A DNA stretch of 64,000 nt from Pelagomonas calceolata (lineage: Eukaryota), in assembly GCA_918797485.1 (NCBI GenBank), contig CAKKNE010000005.1, forward strand, positions 2,046,001-2,110,000, written 5' to 3'. This document shows positions 31,439 through 42,824 of this stretch, one piece after another (positions within the stretch are counted from its first letter, which is position 1; each line of letters begins with the position of its first letter). The notes beneath the pieces were generated by a model, which worked only from the letters and a program-made list of their open reading frames with translations, was not told the origin of the DNA and searched no databases. The translations under genes and the position numbers were made by a program.

Positions 31439-34400
31439 ATGGATTGGAAGCAGCTGGGTAAGGCTGCAAAAAGAGCAGCAGCCTCGATCGAGGATGCCGC
31501 GCGCAAGGCCGCGCCACACATCGAGGAGGCGGCCGCGAAAGCAGCGGCGCACATCGAGGAAGCCGCAGCCAAAGCGAAGCCGCACCTCGAGGACGCCGCG
31601 CGCAAAACGCGTGCGGCGGCCAAAGAGGCGCAAAAACGCATCGACCGGAACGCCGCCAAGCGGTTACTGGGTGGAGTCTTAAAGGATTGGCTCGACGGCG
31701 ACATTCTGTGCGGAAATTACGGTACTCTGGTAGCGTTCTGGCCCGCATAACTCATCGATTTCCACACAGGCGACATCGACTGGATTGACGAGGATGATGA
31801 GAGCGCCGCCGAAGCGAAGCCTACTACCGGCGCCTCCATCGCGGTCTCGCTGCGGAAGGGCGAGATCAAGTTACGACGCGTCCAGCTCAAGGCGCGCAGC
31901 CTCGACGCCGTCGGCGCGCCCGGTTTGTATCTTGTTTCCGGTAGCGTGGACCACGCGAAAATCGTGCTTCCCTGGGCGCAGCTCGCTGGCTCGAAACCCG
32001 CGAAAGTGGAGATAGGCGCGTTGTCCCTGCGACTAAGGGCGACACGCGACGATGACACCAATTCTACGGCCGTAGAAGCCTCGGCCAAACGACGCGAGGA
32101 TTCATTGGAGGCGATGCGCGCCCAATGGACGGCCTTCGCTGAGCAAACGGCCGCTCGGCGGCTCGACAAGACCGAGTGGAAAATAAAAGTCGACGAGGCC
32201 TCCGTGGCCTGGGAGATCCCCGGCGGCGTGGCGCAAGTCATGGTCCAAGGCGCGACGGCGACCGGAGCTTCCACGGCCTGGGTCCTCGGCTGCCGGGCCG
32301 CGGCCTTGTCCGTGAATAACGACGCACCTGTGCGGCTGACGCCGACGACGTGCTCCCTGACCGTAGCCGACGCGATCCAGCTTAACTTCGGCCCAATCGC
32401 GCTTCAAGCGAGGCCCGCCGAGACCGCCGCTCTCATTCGATGTGTCTGCGGCCTCGACACCCTCGCTGCGCCGGCGCGCGCCTGCATTAAATTAAGAGCG
32501 TTTGCGCCGAAGGTGACCGTGGAGACGGCCCCGGACCGGCGGTCGTGGACCGGCCTCGCCGATGTGAGACTCGACGACGAAGCAGTGGCAGTCGCCGAAC
32601 CGCTGGTCGTGGTCGTGGAGGCTGTCGAAGTAAGCGTGACGAGCTCGACGGACACGCTTGCCGTCGCCGCCACAGCAAAAACAACAACGGTCGGTGGCGC
32701 GGTCGTCAGCGATTTGGCAGTGCAAGCGTCGGACGATAATGTGGTCGTGCGCGCGGTCCGCGCGGACGCGGATGTAGACGGCCGCGCGCTCGCGTCTATC
32801 ATAGAAGTTACGACTTCGATTCAAACCGGCTTCGCCTGCCGCGCGTGGGACTACCTCGGGGTCGCTCGCGCGGACGTCGAAGGCGAGGCCGTGGACTTCT
32901 TCGCGGTCGAGACCGAGCGGACCACCGCAATTAGTGTCGACGCCGTTTCCGGCACATGGGACGGCGTGAAATTTCGAGGCCACGTCTCTAGCGACGGCTC
33001 TTCGTGCACCGCAGTGCTCGAGGCGGCCCGAAACGGCGCACAGCTCCTGGAGCCCACGCTGGTACAAATTACGGCCGATGGCGTCTCGCTGACCAACGCC
33101 ACCGACGCCGACGCGCCCCTCGACGTCTACGCGGCACCATCCGACATCCGATCTATAATGGACGCAGCGGAGGAGCTTGCGTTGGACGGCAGTGGGGCCT
33201 TTGCATTGCGCGCGGCGGCCATCCGCCTCTACGCGACGGGCACGCGCTTGCCCGCATTTCTTTTAGCGGCGAGCGACGTGTGTCTCGACGGGCGCCAGGG
33301 AACGACGGCACTCACGTGCTCGCTGACGCGCCTCGACGCCTACGACGCACAGACGTATCGATGCGTGCTCCAGAAGCCGGTAAACGTTTGCGCGCAAGTG
33401 ACGGACGGTACTCTGAGGGTGGCGCTCGGCGATCTCGGTCTCAGCGTCGACGAGGCGACGGTTGCTTCCATTTCTCGCCTCCTCGCGGCGCGCGAGGCGA
33501 CCGAGGCGCCGCCGCTCCAAGTGGTCAACGAGACGGGCGCACCGCTCCTCGTCGATGGCGTTTCTGTTGAAGCAAACGCCGCGGCGACGCTAAGTGTTGA
33601 TACAAAGCCGCGCGCGGACCGCCTCGGGCGCGCGCGCGACGGCGCGCCCCTCGCGCCGCTCGAAGTCTTGGCCGACGCCTACGCCGCGGCGCTGCCGCTG
33701 GACCGGCGCTCCCTTTACGGACCGGGCGACGGGCTGCGGCCCTCGGGCGTCGTCGCGTCGAGCGACTTTGTGGTTGGAGAGTACACATATCAAGGCAGTG
33801 CACCGACGCTGCGGTTGCGGACGAGGATCCGCGTCGAGAACCGGTGCGACCGCGAGATGGCGCTCCAGGTCGCCGGGAGTGCCTACCAGCGCGACCTGCC
33901 GGCCGTCGCGCCCCACACGACGTTCGACCTGCCCTTGTCAATTGTCCGGGAGGCGCCTCACGACGCCGTGGTGTGCGTCCAGGCTGATGATCGCTGGAGG
34001 CCCGTGGCGAATTTCGAAAAGCTCCGTGCTTTTGGTAGAAGCGGCTCGGAAAGGGTCCACTGGGTCGACGCACCGGCGAGATGTTATGTGCTCGCATCGA
34101 CCGCGGCCAACACCGTGGTCGTCTGCCCGCCCGTCGCACTGAAATCCTCACTCACATTGCGAGCGCGCGTTGCGACGGCCCGCCGCCTTCCTCAGTCGCG
34201 CGACGACTATGCCGAAACGTGCGTGATACCACCGAACGAGGCCGATCTTTCCGCGTTGTACGACGTGTCCGCGACGCACTGGTGTCTGCGGGTGGATGGT
34301 ATTGAGGCGCAATCGGCTTGGGTCGATATCACGGGCGTCGCTGCCCGAGGCGAGGAGGCCGCGTTCGTCGTCGACGACGGGCGGCAGCGTTTGCGCGTGA

Positions 34401-35947
34401 CGCTGAACAGATTGACTAGGACGCCTTCTTTGTTGTTGGTGCTGCGGTGCGGTCTGGTGATCGAGGATAGAGCCGGTCTTGGTGTGGGCGTCGTTGGCCA
34501 CGTGACGACTAATGCGCGGGTCATGGTCGACGGCTCTAAGCATTCAGCGATTCAGTTGCAAAGCGGCGACGGTGTCTCGCCTTTTATCGTGCCGGGACAA
34601 CTCGTCGACGGACGGGGCGCCACGAGGATAGGAGAGCGGCCTGTCGGGATACTCCTCGAGGATCGTACATTAGCGGTCGTGCCGCTCGTTGTACTAAGCT
34701 GCTCCGTGCCCTCGCACCATGTCACGGTGCGCCACGCGGGCGTCTCTACTCAAGACGAGCCACTCCCCGTGCACGCGTCCACCTTTGACGTGTCAATCGA
34801 CGGAGCTGACGCCTCGAGCGGGTGGTTCTCCGTCAATGTGACGGCGCTGCAGCCGGGGAACGTTGTGAGGCGATTTGAAAACGTCGAGCTCGTGGTCGGG
34901 CCGCGCGCTACAGACGCCGGCCACAGCCTTTTATTACGATTGTGCCGCGCCGAAGGCGACGTTTCGATTGATATTTATGTAGACTGCGCCTCTACGGCCG
35001 TCCGCGTCGCCGACCTCGACATCAAGGTCCCGCGCGGCTGGAGCCTCTCGAAGACAGGTGACAAGTGGGCGCTGGACGTGAGGGCTCTTACGATTCTAGA
35101 TGGTCCTCATACGACGCTCACCTCGACTTCGGAGTTCTTCCTGCGGGCAGCGGCGCGGATCGACCGGAAGCTCGCGGCGCGTTTTCTGCCAGGCGATTTG
35201 CGGGTTGCCTTGCGGGAGCGGTGCGCGCGGCGATGCGTCGGCGTACTCCAAGCGATGCGCCGCGCCTGGGCGAGCGAGCAGTTGATAGAAACCTCGGCGC
35301 CCGACTCGTACGTCGTCGACCTGATACGCTGCGGGCGGTTCGCGGTGGCGCCACTGTCGCTCGTACCCGACGCAGCGGCCCGCGTCGAACTGGCGCACGC
35401 GCTGGAGGATGAGGGCGGCGTTTTGGGCTGGGCAGTGTCATTATTATCGTCTTTTCCGAGGCTGGCGGTGGTAGATGCGGAGCTCGACTTCACCGGAGCC
35501 GACATCAGGCCGACGACGCGTCGTCTGACGGCCGATGGCGTGCTCGGCGAGGTCGCATTACTCTATGGAGAGCAACTCAAGCAGTCTTGGTGGTCGATCG
35601 CGACGAGTCTGTCTCTGAACGGCGGCGCGGCCGCGCGGCCGCCACCGCGGCGCCGCGTCGAGGTCGAGGTCGTCGTGCCGGCCTCTCATGAAAAGCTAGG
35701 CTTCTCGGTCACGTCGACGGGCGGCAGGCTCGTCGTCATCTCGGTGCGCGACGCGTCGCCGCTCGCCGTGCGCGGCGTCGGGCCCGGCGCACGGTTGTTA
35801 ACGCTGAACGGCGAGGACGTGGCTCATGTTCCTCCGGCCGAGCTCTCGGCGCGCGCGGCGTCGCTAGCTGGGGTTGAGCGAAGAGTCGTGCTCACGGTTG
35901 ATGACGTCGTTGCTCCTCCTCCTCCTCCCGGTGGGGCGTCGTTCTGA
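31439..35947 (+). CDS. Short VPS13-like protein (chorein-N start, C-terminal PDZ-like domain), 2 exons (31439-31697, 31770-35947), ~1478 aa
   Basis: GC..AG intron 31698-31769 joins LLGGVLKDWLD|GDIDW..VSLRKGEIKLRRVQLK..GSVDHAKIVLPW (chorein-N-like); KLGFSV..GARLLTLNGEDV (PDZ-like). Confidence 0.7.
31706..31769 (+). mobile_element. Introner element: 64 bp, 12-bp TIR, 8-bp TSD
   Basis: TIR CTGTGCGGAAAT / ATTTCCACACAG (11/12); flanks GCGACATT (31698-31705) and GCGACATC (31770-31777). Confidence 0.88.
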
Positions 35948-36415
35948 GATGTGTGTGGTAGTTGTGAATAGGTGTGTCTAACTTAGTGGTAACTTAAAGT
36001 TCAAGTCTTAAGTGAGGTACTGCCTGCTCCGGCGCGCGCCCCATTTTTCCGCCGCGATGTCGTAATGGTGGACTGCGACACGCCGCCAGCAACTCGACAG
36101 CTGGGCCTAGTGCGCAGCACGTCCGCCGGAGTCCTACCCCAGCATATTCCCCTCAACGGCTCTAGTGCCCCCGCACTAGCCCCGGCATCCGGCATAGCGC
36201 AAAGCGCCGCCCGCCGCACGCCGTCGAGGCAAGTCCAGGCGCGCACACGAAGGCAGAGCACTTAGAGCGCTCGCCCGATTATAGGCAGCCAGGCTGTGGC
36301 GCGGCAGCCCTCGGCCCGGAGGCAGCCCTCTCTCACCTAGGCGGGCAGCCCTCGACCGGGCCGGACGCCAGCCGCCGCGAGCCAGCGACTAGGCCGGGCA
36401 GCGCCGAGAGCCGCC

Positions 36416-38695
36416 ATGGCCGACGCCGAACCCAAGGAGTTCGACACGAACGTCGCCGACGCCGACGAGCGCAAGCGTATTAGGGCCCAACGCATCGAGG
36501 CGCGGCGGGACGCCGAGAAGGGCGCGCTCGATAAAGCGAACGAGGAGCGCAAGGCAGCCGAACGAAGTCAAGGCAAGCAGCAGATCGCCGAGAGTTTGTC
36601 TCATTTAGATAAGAAAAAGTCCTCGGGTATCGAGAAAGTCACGGACGTGCGAGTGGCTGCCGATTGGAGGGAAGCACAAAGACGAGTGGCCGAAGAAAAG
36701 AAGCGCCAGGATCGCCTACAGCGGTTACAAGAAGAAGCCGTAAGTTCGGGCAAGCAGAACGCGATTATAGAAGCTAGATGGGCCGAGTTAGTCGAGCAGA
36801 ATATTCCGAGGGAATTGCATGACGCGATCGAGGTCCAGAAGGAGGCCTGCGCCGAGATCTTAAGATCTAAGGATGAATTAATAAAAGAATTCAGACAGGA
36901 ACTGAAGAAGAAGGACGAGGAGTACGTCAAGGCCCTCAAGCAGCAGAAGGAGGACATCAATCAGCTGTTGGAGAGGATGCGCCAGGAGTTCAAGGAGCTC
37001 CAGGGCGAGTACGAGGTTGAATTAGAAGCCATAGAAGATGCGTTCTTGGCGGAACGAGATGAACTGCTCAACAAGAACCGGGAGGAGATCGACGCGTTGT
37101 ACGAAAAAAGAAAGGAGGCGGAGCTCAAGTTCCTCGAGAACCGACGAGCGCGGGAGGAGAAGCACAGACAAGAAATCGAGGACATGCTCGTCAAGGACGG
37201 CGAGGAGTACAACAAGCTCAAGATTAAGTTGGAGAACGACGTCCAGACTCTGGAGAGGCAGCTCGAGGAGATGCGCGCTACTTATCAATTGAACACTGAA
37301 AAATTAGATTATAACTATAGAGTGTTGACTGAGAGGGATAGCGAGAATTCTACGACGCTGCAGCAGCTCAAAAGAAAACAAAATAAGCTCAAGGACGTCC
37401 TCAGTCGAGTCATGGCCAAGTACCAGGAGACCGACGAGCGCGACAAGAACGAGAACGAACGGCTCACGGAGGAGTATAAGAGGATGACCAAGGCCTACCG
37501 GGATCTACAACTGAAATTCCGCCACTTCGAGGTCACGGACCGGCAGAAATTCGATCGAGTGTGGCAGATGTGCGGGGGCGGCGTCCGTTATTGGCCTTCC
37601 TTGCGCCGTCGCGGCGTGTCAGAGAGCGCGCGGTCGCGGCGACGGCGTCGACGAGAGAGCGTGTCACCGTCGAGAGCGTCGCGTCGACGGCGTGCCGGTG
37701 GGGTTGATGCACCCTCGAGGTGCGACTCGTCATAAGCCGTCGACGCGGCGGGGAGAGCACGGCGAGAGAACACCGCATAAAGACGCGTGGCTCACGTCGT
37801 AACACGCAGGCACGAGGCCGAGGTCAACGAACTAGTAGGCAAGGTCCTGCAGGCCGACGAGCTTATCCACAAGCAGCAGCTCGGCTGGGACTGGAAGCCG
37901 CCGGACCTCGAAGCTCTACGAGCTCTGGCAAGGCCGGACGCGGCGACGCAGGCCCGCGAGGAAGCGCTGGAGCGGAAGCGCCTCGAGGAGGAGGAGGCGG
38001 CGCGGCCGAAGGTCTCCGGTGCGAAGCTCAAGGCTTGTCTAGAACTCCTGAGCGCGGAGGCCGGCTTCCTCGTCGAGAAGAAAGTGCGAGACGCTCTAGA
38101 TGAGTTACCGGAGGACGAGGCGGAACTCGCCCAGGCCGAGAGTCTGTTGCGAGCCTTGGGCGCGCGCGACGACGCCGACATCTTGCTGTTAGTCTCCAAG
38201 TTCTTCTCGGACGGGCCGGCCGACACGGAAGGCGAGGGCGATGCTGCGGCCAGAGCTCTAGCAACTAGGATCAAGCCGGAGGATGTTGTGGGTGCGGCCC
38301 AGTCCTTCGTGGAAGAACGGAGGCGGAACGCGGCGCTGAAGCCCCCTGCTGCCGATACCGTGATCGGTGCGGAACCGGTCGGTCTCGCGGCAGAGAGAGA
38401 AAAGGAGCGACATGCGAAACAGCGGGAGTACTGGACGAAGATGGCCAACGTCGTGAGTGACGACACGTTCGAGGTCTGGCAAGAGCTCGAGAAACAATTA
38501 GAAAAGTACAACACAGTACTGAAACAAAGATCTCAAGAAATCGCTAGAGTGACGTCGCTCCAGGAGCAGAACGCCCAGCTCAAGGCCCTCATCAACCAGT
38601 ACCTCAACGCCAAGGTCAACGACGAGCTCATCGTGCCGCCGGCCGCGACGATCGCGATGAACCAGCAGGCGGCGCAGACGTCCGCCGAGGGGTAA
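36416..38695 (+). CDS. DRC1: Dynein regulatory complex subunit 1, 2 exons (36416-37569, 37810-38695)
   Basis: LEEMRATYQLNTEKLDYNYRVLTERD, VLQADELIHKQQLGWDW, YLNAKVNDELIVPP; GT..AG intron 37570-37809 joins VWQM|HEAEV. Confidence 0.92.
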
Positions 38696-38806
38696 GTAGC
38701 TTCCATAGTGTCGCGCGTCGCGGCGATGGCGTGCTGGGGTGACTCGGACGCGTCTAGTATCTTATCTTACTATGTACTAGCCCCCAGCCCGGGGCCTTCG
38801 AATTGT

Positions 38807-39187
38807 CTACCGGCGCTTGCGCTTCGGGAAGCCGTAGGCGAGTTCCGCCGTCGGCAATGGCATCGGCGCCGGCTCGGGCGGCGGCGCGGCCGCGACGCGC
38901 CGCTTCGGCCGCAAGGCCACCGCCCGCTTGGCGGGCAGCAGCTGGCTCGCGCCGAAGGCAAAGCTGGCGGCGATGACGGCTCGGCGCGGACAGAACTCCA
39001 CAGCGAGCGGCGCGGCGCGGACCTCGGGTCCGCGAACCGGGCCCTTCGGGTCGGCGCAAGGCGCGGCGCGCGGCGCCGCGCTGTTAAACCCGCGGATGTA
39101 GTCGCGCCGCGGCGTGAGCTGCAGCGCTGTTGCGGCGCTGGCAAGGAGCAGGAGACGCGCGATCGACATCTTCGACTTTGGTGCCAA
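38807..39187 (-). CDS. Small hypothetical plastid-targeted protein
   Basis: MSIARLLLLASAATAL signal peptide, later RR + hydrophobic stretch. Confidence 0.45.
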   Translation of the reverse strand: MAPKSKMSIARLLLLASAATALQLTPRRDYIRGFNSAAPRAAPCADPKGPVRGPEVRAAPLAVEFCPRRAVIAASFAFGASQLLPAKRAVALRPKRRVAAAPPPEPAPMPLPTAELAYGFPKRKRR

Positions 39188-39447
39188 TAATCTAACGCAG
39201 AACCTCAGTGCAAGCCGGCGGGGGGCGACGGGGCTGCCTCGGATGCTGCGCGGCCAGCCTCGAGAGCGGCCTCGCGGCGTCTGGTGTCCTGGCGTTGCCT
39301 TGGGGGCTCGGGAGAGGTGCCAAATGGCTTTGTTCGTGGAAACAACTCGGTCGACCCCCGGCCCCCCAGCTGACCCCCGGTTGGGCTCGCGCGAGGCTGA
39401 GAGTCGTCGTTCACGCTTCCTGTGTCTCCGGCCGCAGGGGACGCGTC

Positions 39448-39470
39448 GCTAGCGTGAGTAAGACACTAGC
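39448..39470 (+). promoter_or_regulatory. Bipartite intergenic motif copy
   Basis: GCTAGCG-N4-TAAGACACTAGC. Confidence 0.65.
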
Positions 39471-39635
39471 AAGAAGCAAAGCCGGGCAAAAATCGGTCAG
39501 GGCGTCGATTGTGAGCGCCGCGCGAGTCAGTGAGGTGCCGGAGGGCGCGCAGACACGCCCTGCCATAAGACCAGCACACCTGCCGGGCGCCGCGCGGCGT
39601 TAAACAGCGGTTGAGCCCAGAAGAAGCAAAACAGC

Positions 39636-41027
39636 ATGATCGCCCCCGCCGCCGGCGCGGCCGCCGCGGCCGGCACGGGCTACTCGTTGGGCCTCTGCGG
39701 CATGCTGAGCGGCATCTGCTCAGCCATCAGCTGCGCGTTCTCGGCCCTCGTCGCCTGCTTCACCGGGGCCCGCTGTTGTAGTGGAGGCGCCTGCGCGGGC
39801 AACGGCAAGGACGCCTGGGGCGCGGGCAAGGTCGGGAGCATGCTGGTTGTGGTCTACGCCGTCGCCATGTCCTTCCTGTTCCTCTACGGGTTAGAAGATC
39901 AACTCCACCATCTAGCCGAACATGCCAAGGCCTGGGAAAATACATCATGCAAACTAGGCGACGATTACGACGCCGAGTGTCTAGGCCAGGAGGGCGTTTT
40001 TCGGATCAATTTAGCCGTGGTCGCGTTCTTCGCCTCGAATTGGTTAGGGTGCAAGTTGAGCAAACAATGGCACAACGCGCTCTGGATCGTGAAGATGGTC
40101 TTCTTTCTTGGATATTGTGCTATTACGCTATTCTGGATCCCGTCTCCCTTCGTCGACGACTACGTCTGGGCTAGTCGAGTGATGGCCGCGTTATATGCCG
40201 TGGCACTCATGGTTTTCATCATCGAGTTCGCGTATGAGGTGAACGACTGGATGGTCGACCAGAGCGGCGACTGGGGCGCACCTACCACCTGTGGCTTAGA
40301 TGACAACCTTATAGTGTTACTATGCATCTCGTTCGTTTTGTTCGCCGCGACGCTCGCGGGCATCGTCTGCCTCTTCGTCTTCTTCCCGAAGGACCCGGAC
40401 GCGTGCGAGGCGGGCCAGGCGATCACGGCATTCATATCGATGACTTTGGTATTTTGCGTCGCGTGTACGGCTACGCAGCTGGTGTTCTCCGAGAGCGGCA
40501 ACCTGCTGACGTCTTCCGCGGTCTGCGCGTACGGCACGTACTTGGCTTATACCGCCATCAGAAAGCAGCCTTCCTCGGAATGCAACCCGTTTTGGGAACA
40601 CAAGCACGATTGGATGACCTGGGTATCCCTCATTCTAGCTTTCATATCACTCATCTGGATGTCGAAGACGGCGGAAGACGTCGGCAATACCATCGACCCC
40701 GAGCTGGGCGTGGAGCTCGTGCCCTCAGATGACGAGGAGAAAAATGAAGATAAGAGTGAAAGCCCACCGCCGGCGCCCATCGACTGCCTCGACGGCGGCG
40801 ATCGCGCTGGCGCGACGTTCAATTTGATCATGGCGCTGGCGGCGTGCTACGTGGCTTGTACGATCGCGAACTGGGGCGCCTCGACAAATCAAGGAGACAC
40901 CATGTCCAAGCCGCTCGCCGGCCGCGCGAGCATGTGGATGCAGATCGTCGCGCAGTGGGCCATGTTCCTCCTATACGAGTGGACGCTCGTGGCGCCGCTG
41001 ATCTTTCCTGATAGAGACTGGGTGTAG
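39636..41027 (+). CDS. Serine incorporator (SERINC/TMS1) family membrane protein
   Basis: CLGQEGVFRI, GNLLTSS..YGTYLAYTA, FNLIMALAACYV..NW, MWMQIVAQW..YEWTLVAPLIFPDRD. Confidence 0.93.
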   Translation: MIAPAAGAAAAAGTGYSLGLCGMLSGICSAISCAFSALVACFTGARCCSGGACAGNGKDAWGAGKVGSMLVVVYAVAMSFLFLYGLEDQLHHLAEHAKAWENTSCKLGDDYDAECLGQEGVFRINLAVVAFFASNWLGCKLSKQWHNALWIVKMVFFLGYCAITLFWIPSPFVDDYVWASRVMAALYAVALMVFIIEFAYEVNDWMVDQSGDWGAPTTCGLDDNLIVLLCISFVLFAATLAGIVCLFVFFPKDPDACEAGQAITAFISMTLVFCVACTATQLVFSESGNLLTSSAVCAYGTYLAYTAIRKQPSSECNPFWEHKHDWMTWVSLILAFISLIWMSKTAEDVGNTIDPELGVELVPSDDEEKNEDKSESPPPAPIDCLDGGDRAGATFNLIMALAACYVACTIANWGASTNQGDTMSKPLAGRASMWMQIVAQWAMFLLYEWTLVAPLIFPDRDWV

Positions 41028-41068
41028 GCGACCTCGGGCTCACGGTAAAATTGTTCATGAAATTTTGA

Positions 41069-41596
41069 CTATGGAGGTTTATCTCGTCGCGCGGCGATGA
41101 CGCGCTGCGCCTTCGCTAAAGCTTTTTGCGCCGATCGCTCCCGCTTCATGCGCTGCGCCGTCGCCGGGTTCATGCCCGAGGACCTACCGAACAATTCACG
41201 GGACGCGGCGTCCGTGATCGACGCCGTCCGCGCCGTCGTGCGTACCAGACCGGCCGGCAGGCCCAGGGCCGCGGCGCGTTCCGCGGGCGGCAGGTTTAGT
41301 AAATTCGTCGTCGGCGGTGGCGGTGGTGCACGGGGGCCCTGCACCGCCGCGCGGAACGCCTCGAGCTGGTCGCTGTCCGCGGCCGCGAGCTCGGCATCGT
41401 TCTCCGCGGCGACGGCGCGGCGACGTTTTTTCTCCTTCTTCCGTTCCTTCTTCCGGCGCTTCCGTTTCTTTTCTTCCTTGCGCTCGCGCTTCCGCTTCTT
41501 CTCTTTCTTGCGCCGCCGCTTGCGCTTGCGGTCCTCGCTGCTGCTGCTCGAGCTGCTGCTCGAGCTCGACGACGAGCTCGACGACGACGACGCCAT
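41069..41596 (-). CDS. Low-complexity Ser/Lys/Arg-rich probable nuclear protein
   Basis: Poly-Ser followed by a K/R-rich tract; ATG start and fits the intergenic space. Confidence 0.6.
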   Translation of the reverse strand: MASSSSSSSSSSSSSSSSSSEDRKRKRRRKKEKKRKRERKEEKKRKRRKKERKKEKKRRRAVAAENDAELAAADSDQLEAFRAAVQGPRAPPPPPTTNLLNLPPAERAAALGLPAGLVRTTARTASITDAASRELFGRSSGMNPATAQRMKRERSAQKALAKAQRVIAARRDKPP

Positions 41597-42047
41597 TTGT
41601 GCGCACCGCTTTGCGTCTAGTGCTAGCTAGGGGCACTGCCGCACACTGTGGCGCACCGCTCGCGATCGCTGCGCACCAATGCGGCGCGCTACAGCTTGTG
41701 TGCACACTGCTCTTGCTGTGATAGACCTCTGCGACGCGCAGCGCTGCGAAAATTGATAGAGGTGGCTTCTTGGATCAGTTATAGCTGCACCGCGAGCATG
41801 AACGCGCCAGGCATGCCAAAGCCTAGCGCTATCCGGCCGCCCCGAGCGCATTGCGCGGGTTTTGGTCGCGCTGGATTGCATTAATCGGCCTGTAGCCGCC
41901 TAAGTGAGCATCGTCGTTCTGTGCAGCATCGATTCTAGGGTCCTATTGAGCCAGACAGGCTGCACAAGCTCCGCGCTGTGCTGAGACTCCACAAGCAAAG
42001 AGCAGCCCTAGCATCGCTCGCAACGCAGCGCGAAACGCGCGCAAGCC

Positions 42048-42680
42048 ATGTCCAAACTCCTCAAAAAGTCCAAATCCAAGAAAAACAAAACGCCGAAGGC
42101 GCCGAAAGCGCCGGAGCCGCCGCAAGAACCCTGGCACCGCGTCGGCCGCGGCGAGCCCGTCGACACCGTCGACATCCCCGGCATCGAGCGGCTCCTCGCG
42201 AAGCGGTCGGCCGCGAAGGCGAAGAAGGACTACGCGACGGCCGACAACATCGCCATGCAGCTGCAGCAGCGCAACGTCGCGTACCACGACGAGTCGCGCG
42301 AGTGGTACGTCAAGGCGCCGAAGCAGCCCGCAGCCGCGCCGGCCGTCGGCACGAAGCGGCGCCTCGACGATGACGACGACGCCGCAGCGGCAGACGACGA
42401 CGACGACGACGCCTCGAGCAGCAGCGATGACGACGACAGCGAGGAGGACCGGCTCGACGACGCGTTCGTGCTGAAGATGCAGAAGCGCCTGGCAGCCGAG
42501 GCCGCCGCCGCGGCGCCGAAGAAGTCGAAGAAGAAGAAGGGCGACCGCGAGGAGCTCTCTTCCGACGAGGCGGCCGCGAAGAAAGCACGGAAAGAGGCCA
42601 AGAGGGCACGGAAGGCTGCCGAGAGCGACGTGGCACAGCCGAAGAAGAAAAAGAAGAAGTCAAGTAAGAAGAGTACATAG
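42048..42680 (+). CDS. Lys-rich protein with a CysRS C-terminal-like helical domain
   Basis: IERLLAKRSAAKAKKDYATADNIAMQL..VAYHDESREW resembles the R..AR..KD(F/Y)..AD.IR..L CysRS anticodon-binding tail. Confidence 0.65.
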   Translation: MSKLLKKSKSKKNKTPKAPKAPEPPQEPWHRVGRGEPVDTVDIPGIERLLAKRSAAKAKKDYATADNIAMQLQQRNVAYHDESREWYVKAPKQPAAAPAVGTKRRLDDDDDAAAADDDDDDASSSSDDDDSEEDRLDDAFVLKMQKRLAAEAAAAAPKKSKKKKGDREELSSDEAAAKKARKEAKRARKAAESDVAQPKKKKKKSSKKST

Positions 42681-42702
42681 AGTGGTAGTTACAATAGGGT
42701 GG

Positions 42703-42808
42703 GAGGCGTCCGCGCGCACGAGCGGGCGACTCGTCGTCGGGCCCGCGGCAAATCAGGGTGCCGCGGGCCGTCATATACGAGTCGACCGGGCACGCGCGGG
42801 GACGCCTC
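42703..42808 (-). promoter_or_regulatory. Eukaryotic SECIS element in the 3' UTR of the SelW-like gene
   Basis: Minus strand CGACTCGT-AT-ATGAC-GGCCCGCGGCA-CCCTGATT-TGCCGCGGGCC-CGAC-G-ACGAGTCG: AUGA/GA core, perfect 11-bp upper helix, 8-bp lower helix, outer GAGGCGTCC/GGACGCCTC helix. Confidence 0.88.
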
Positions 42809-42824
42809 GGGTAGAAAAAGCCGC

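Noticed and set aside
41430..41596. Low-complexity tract as a DNA repeat
   Set aside because: Explained by poly-Ser and Lys/Arg coding
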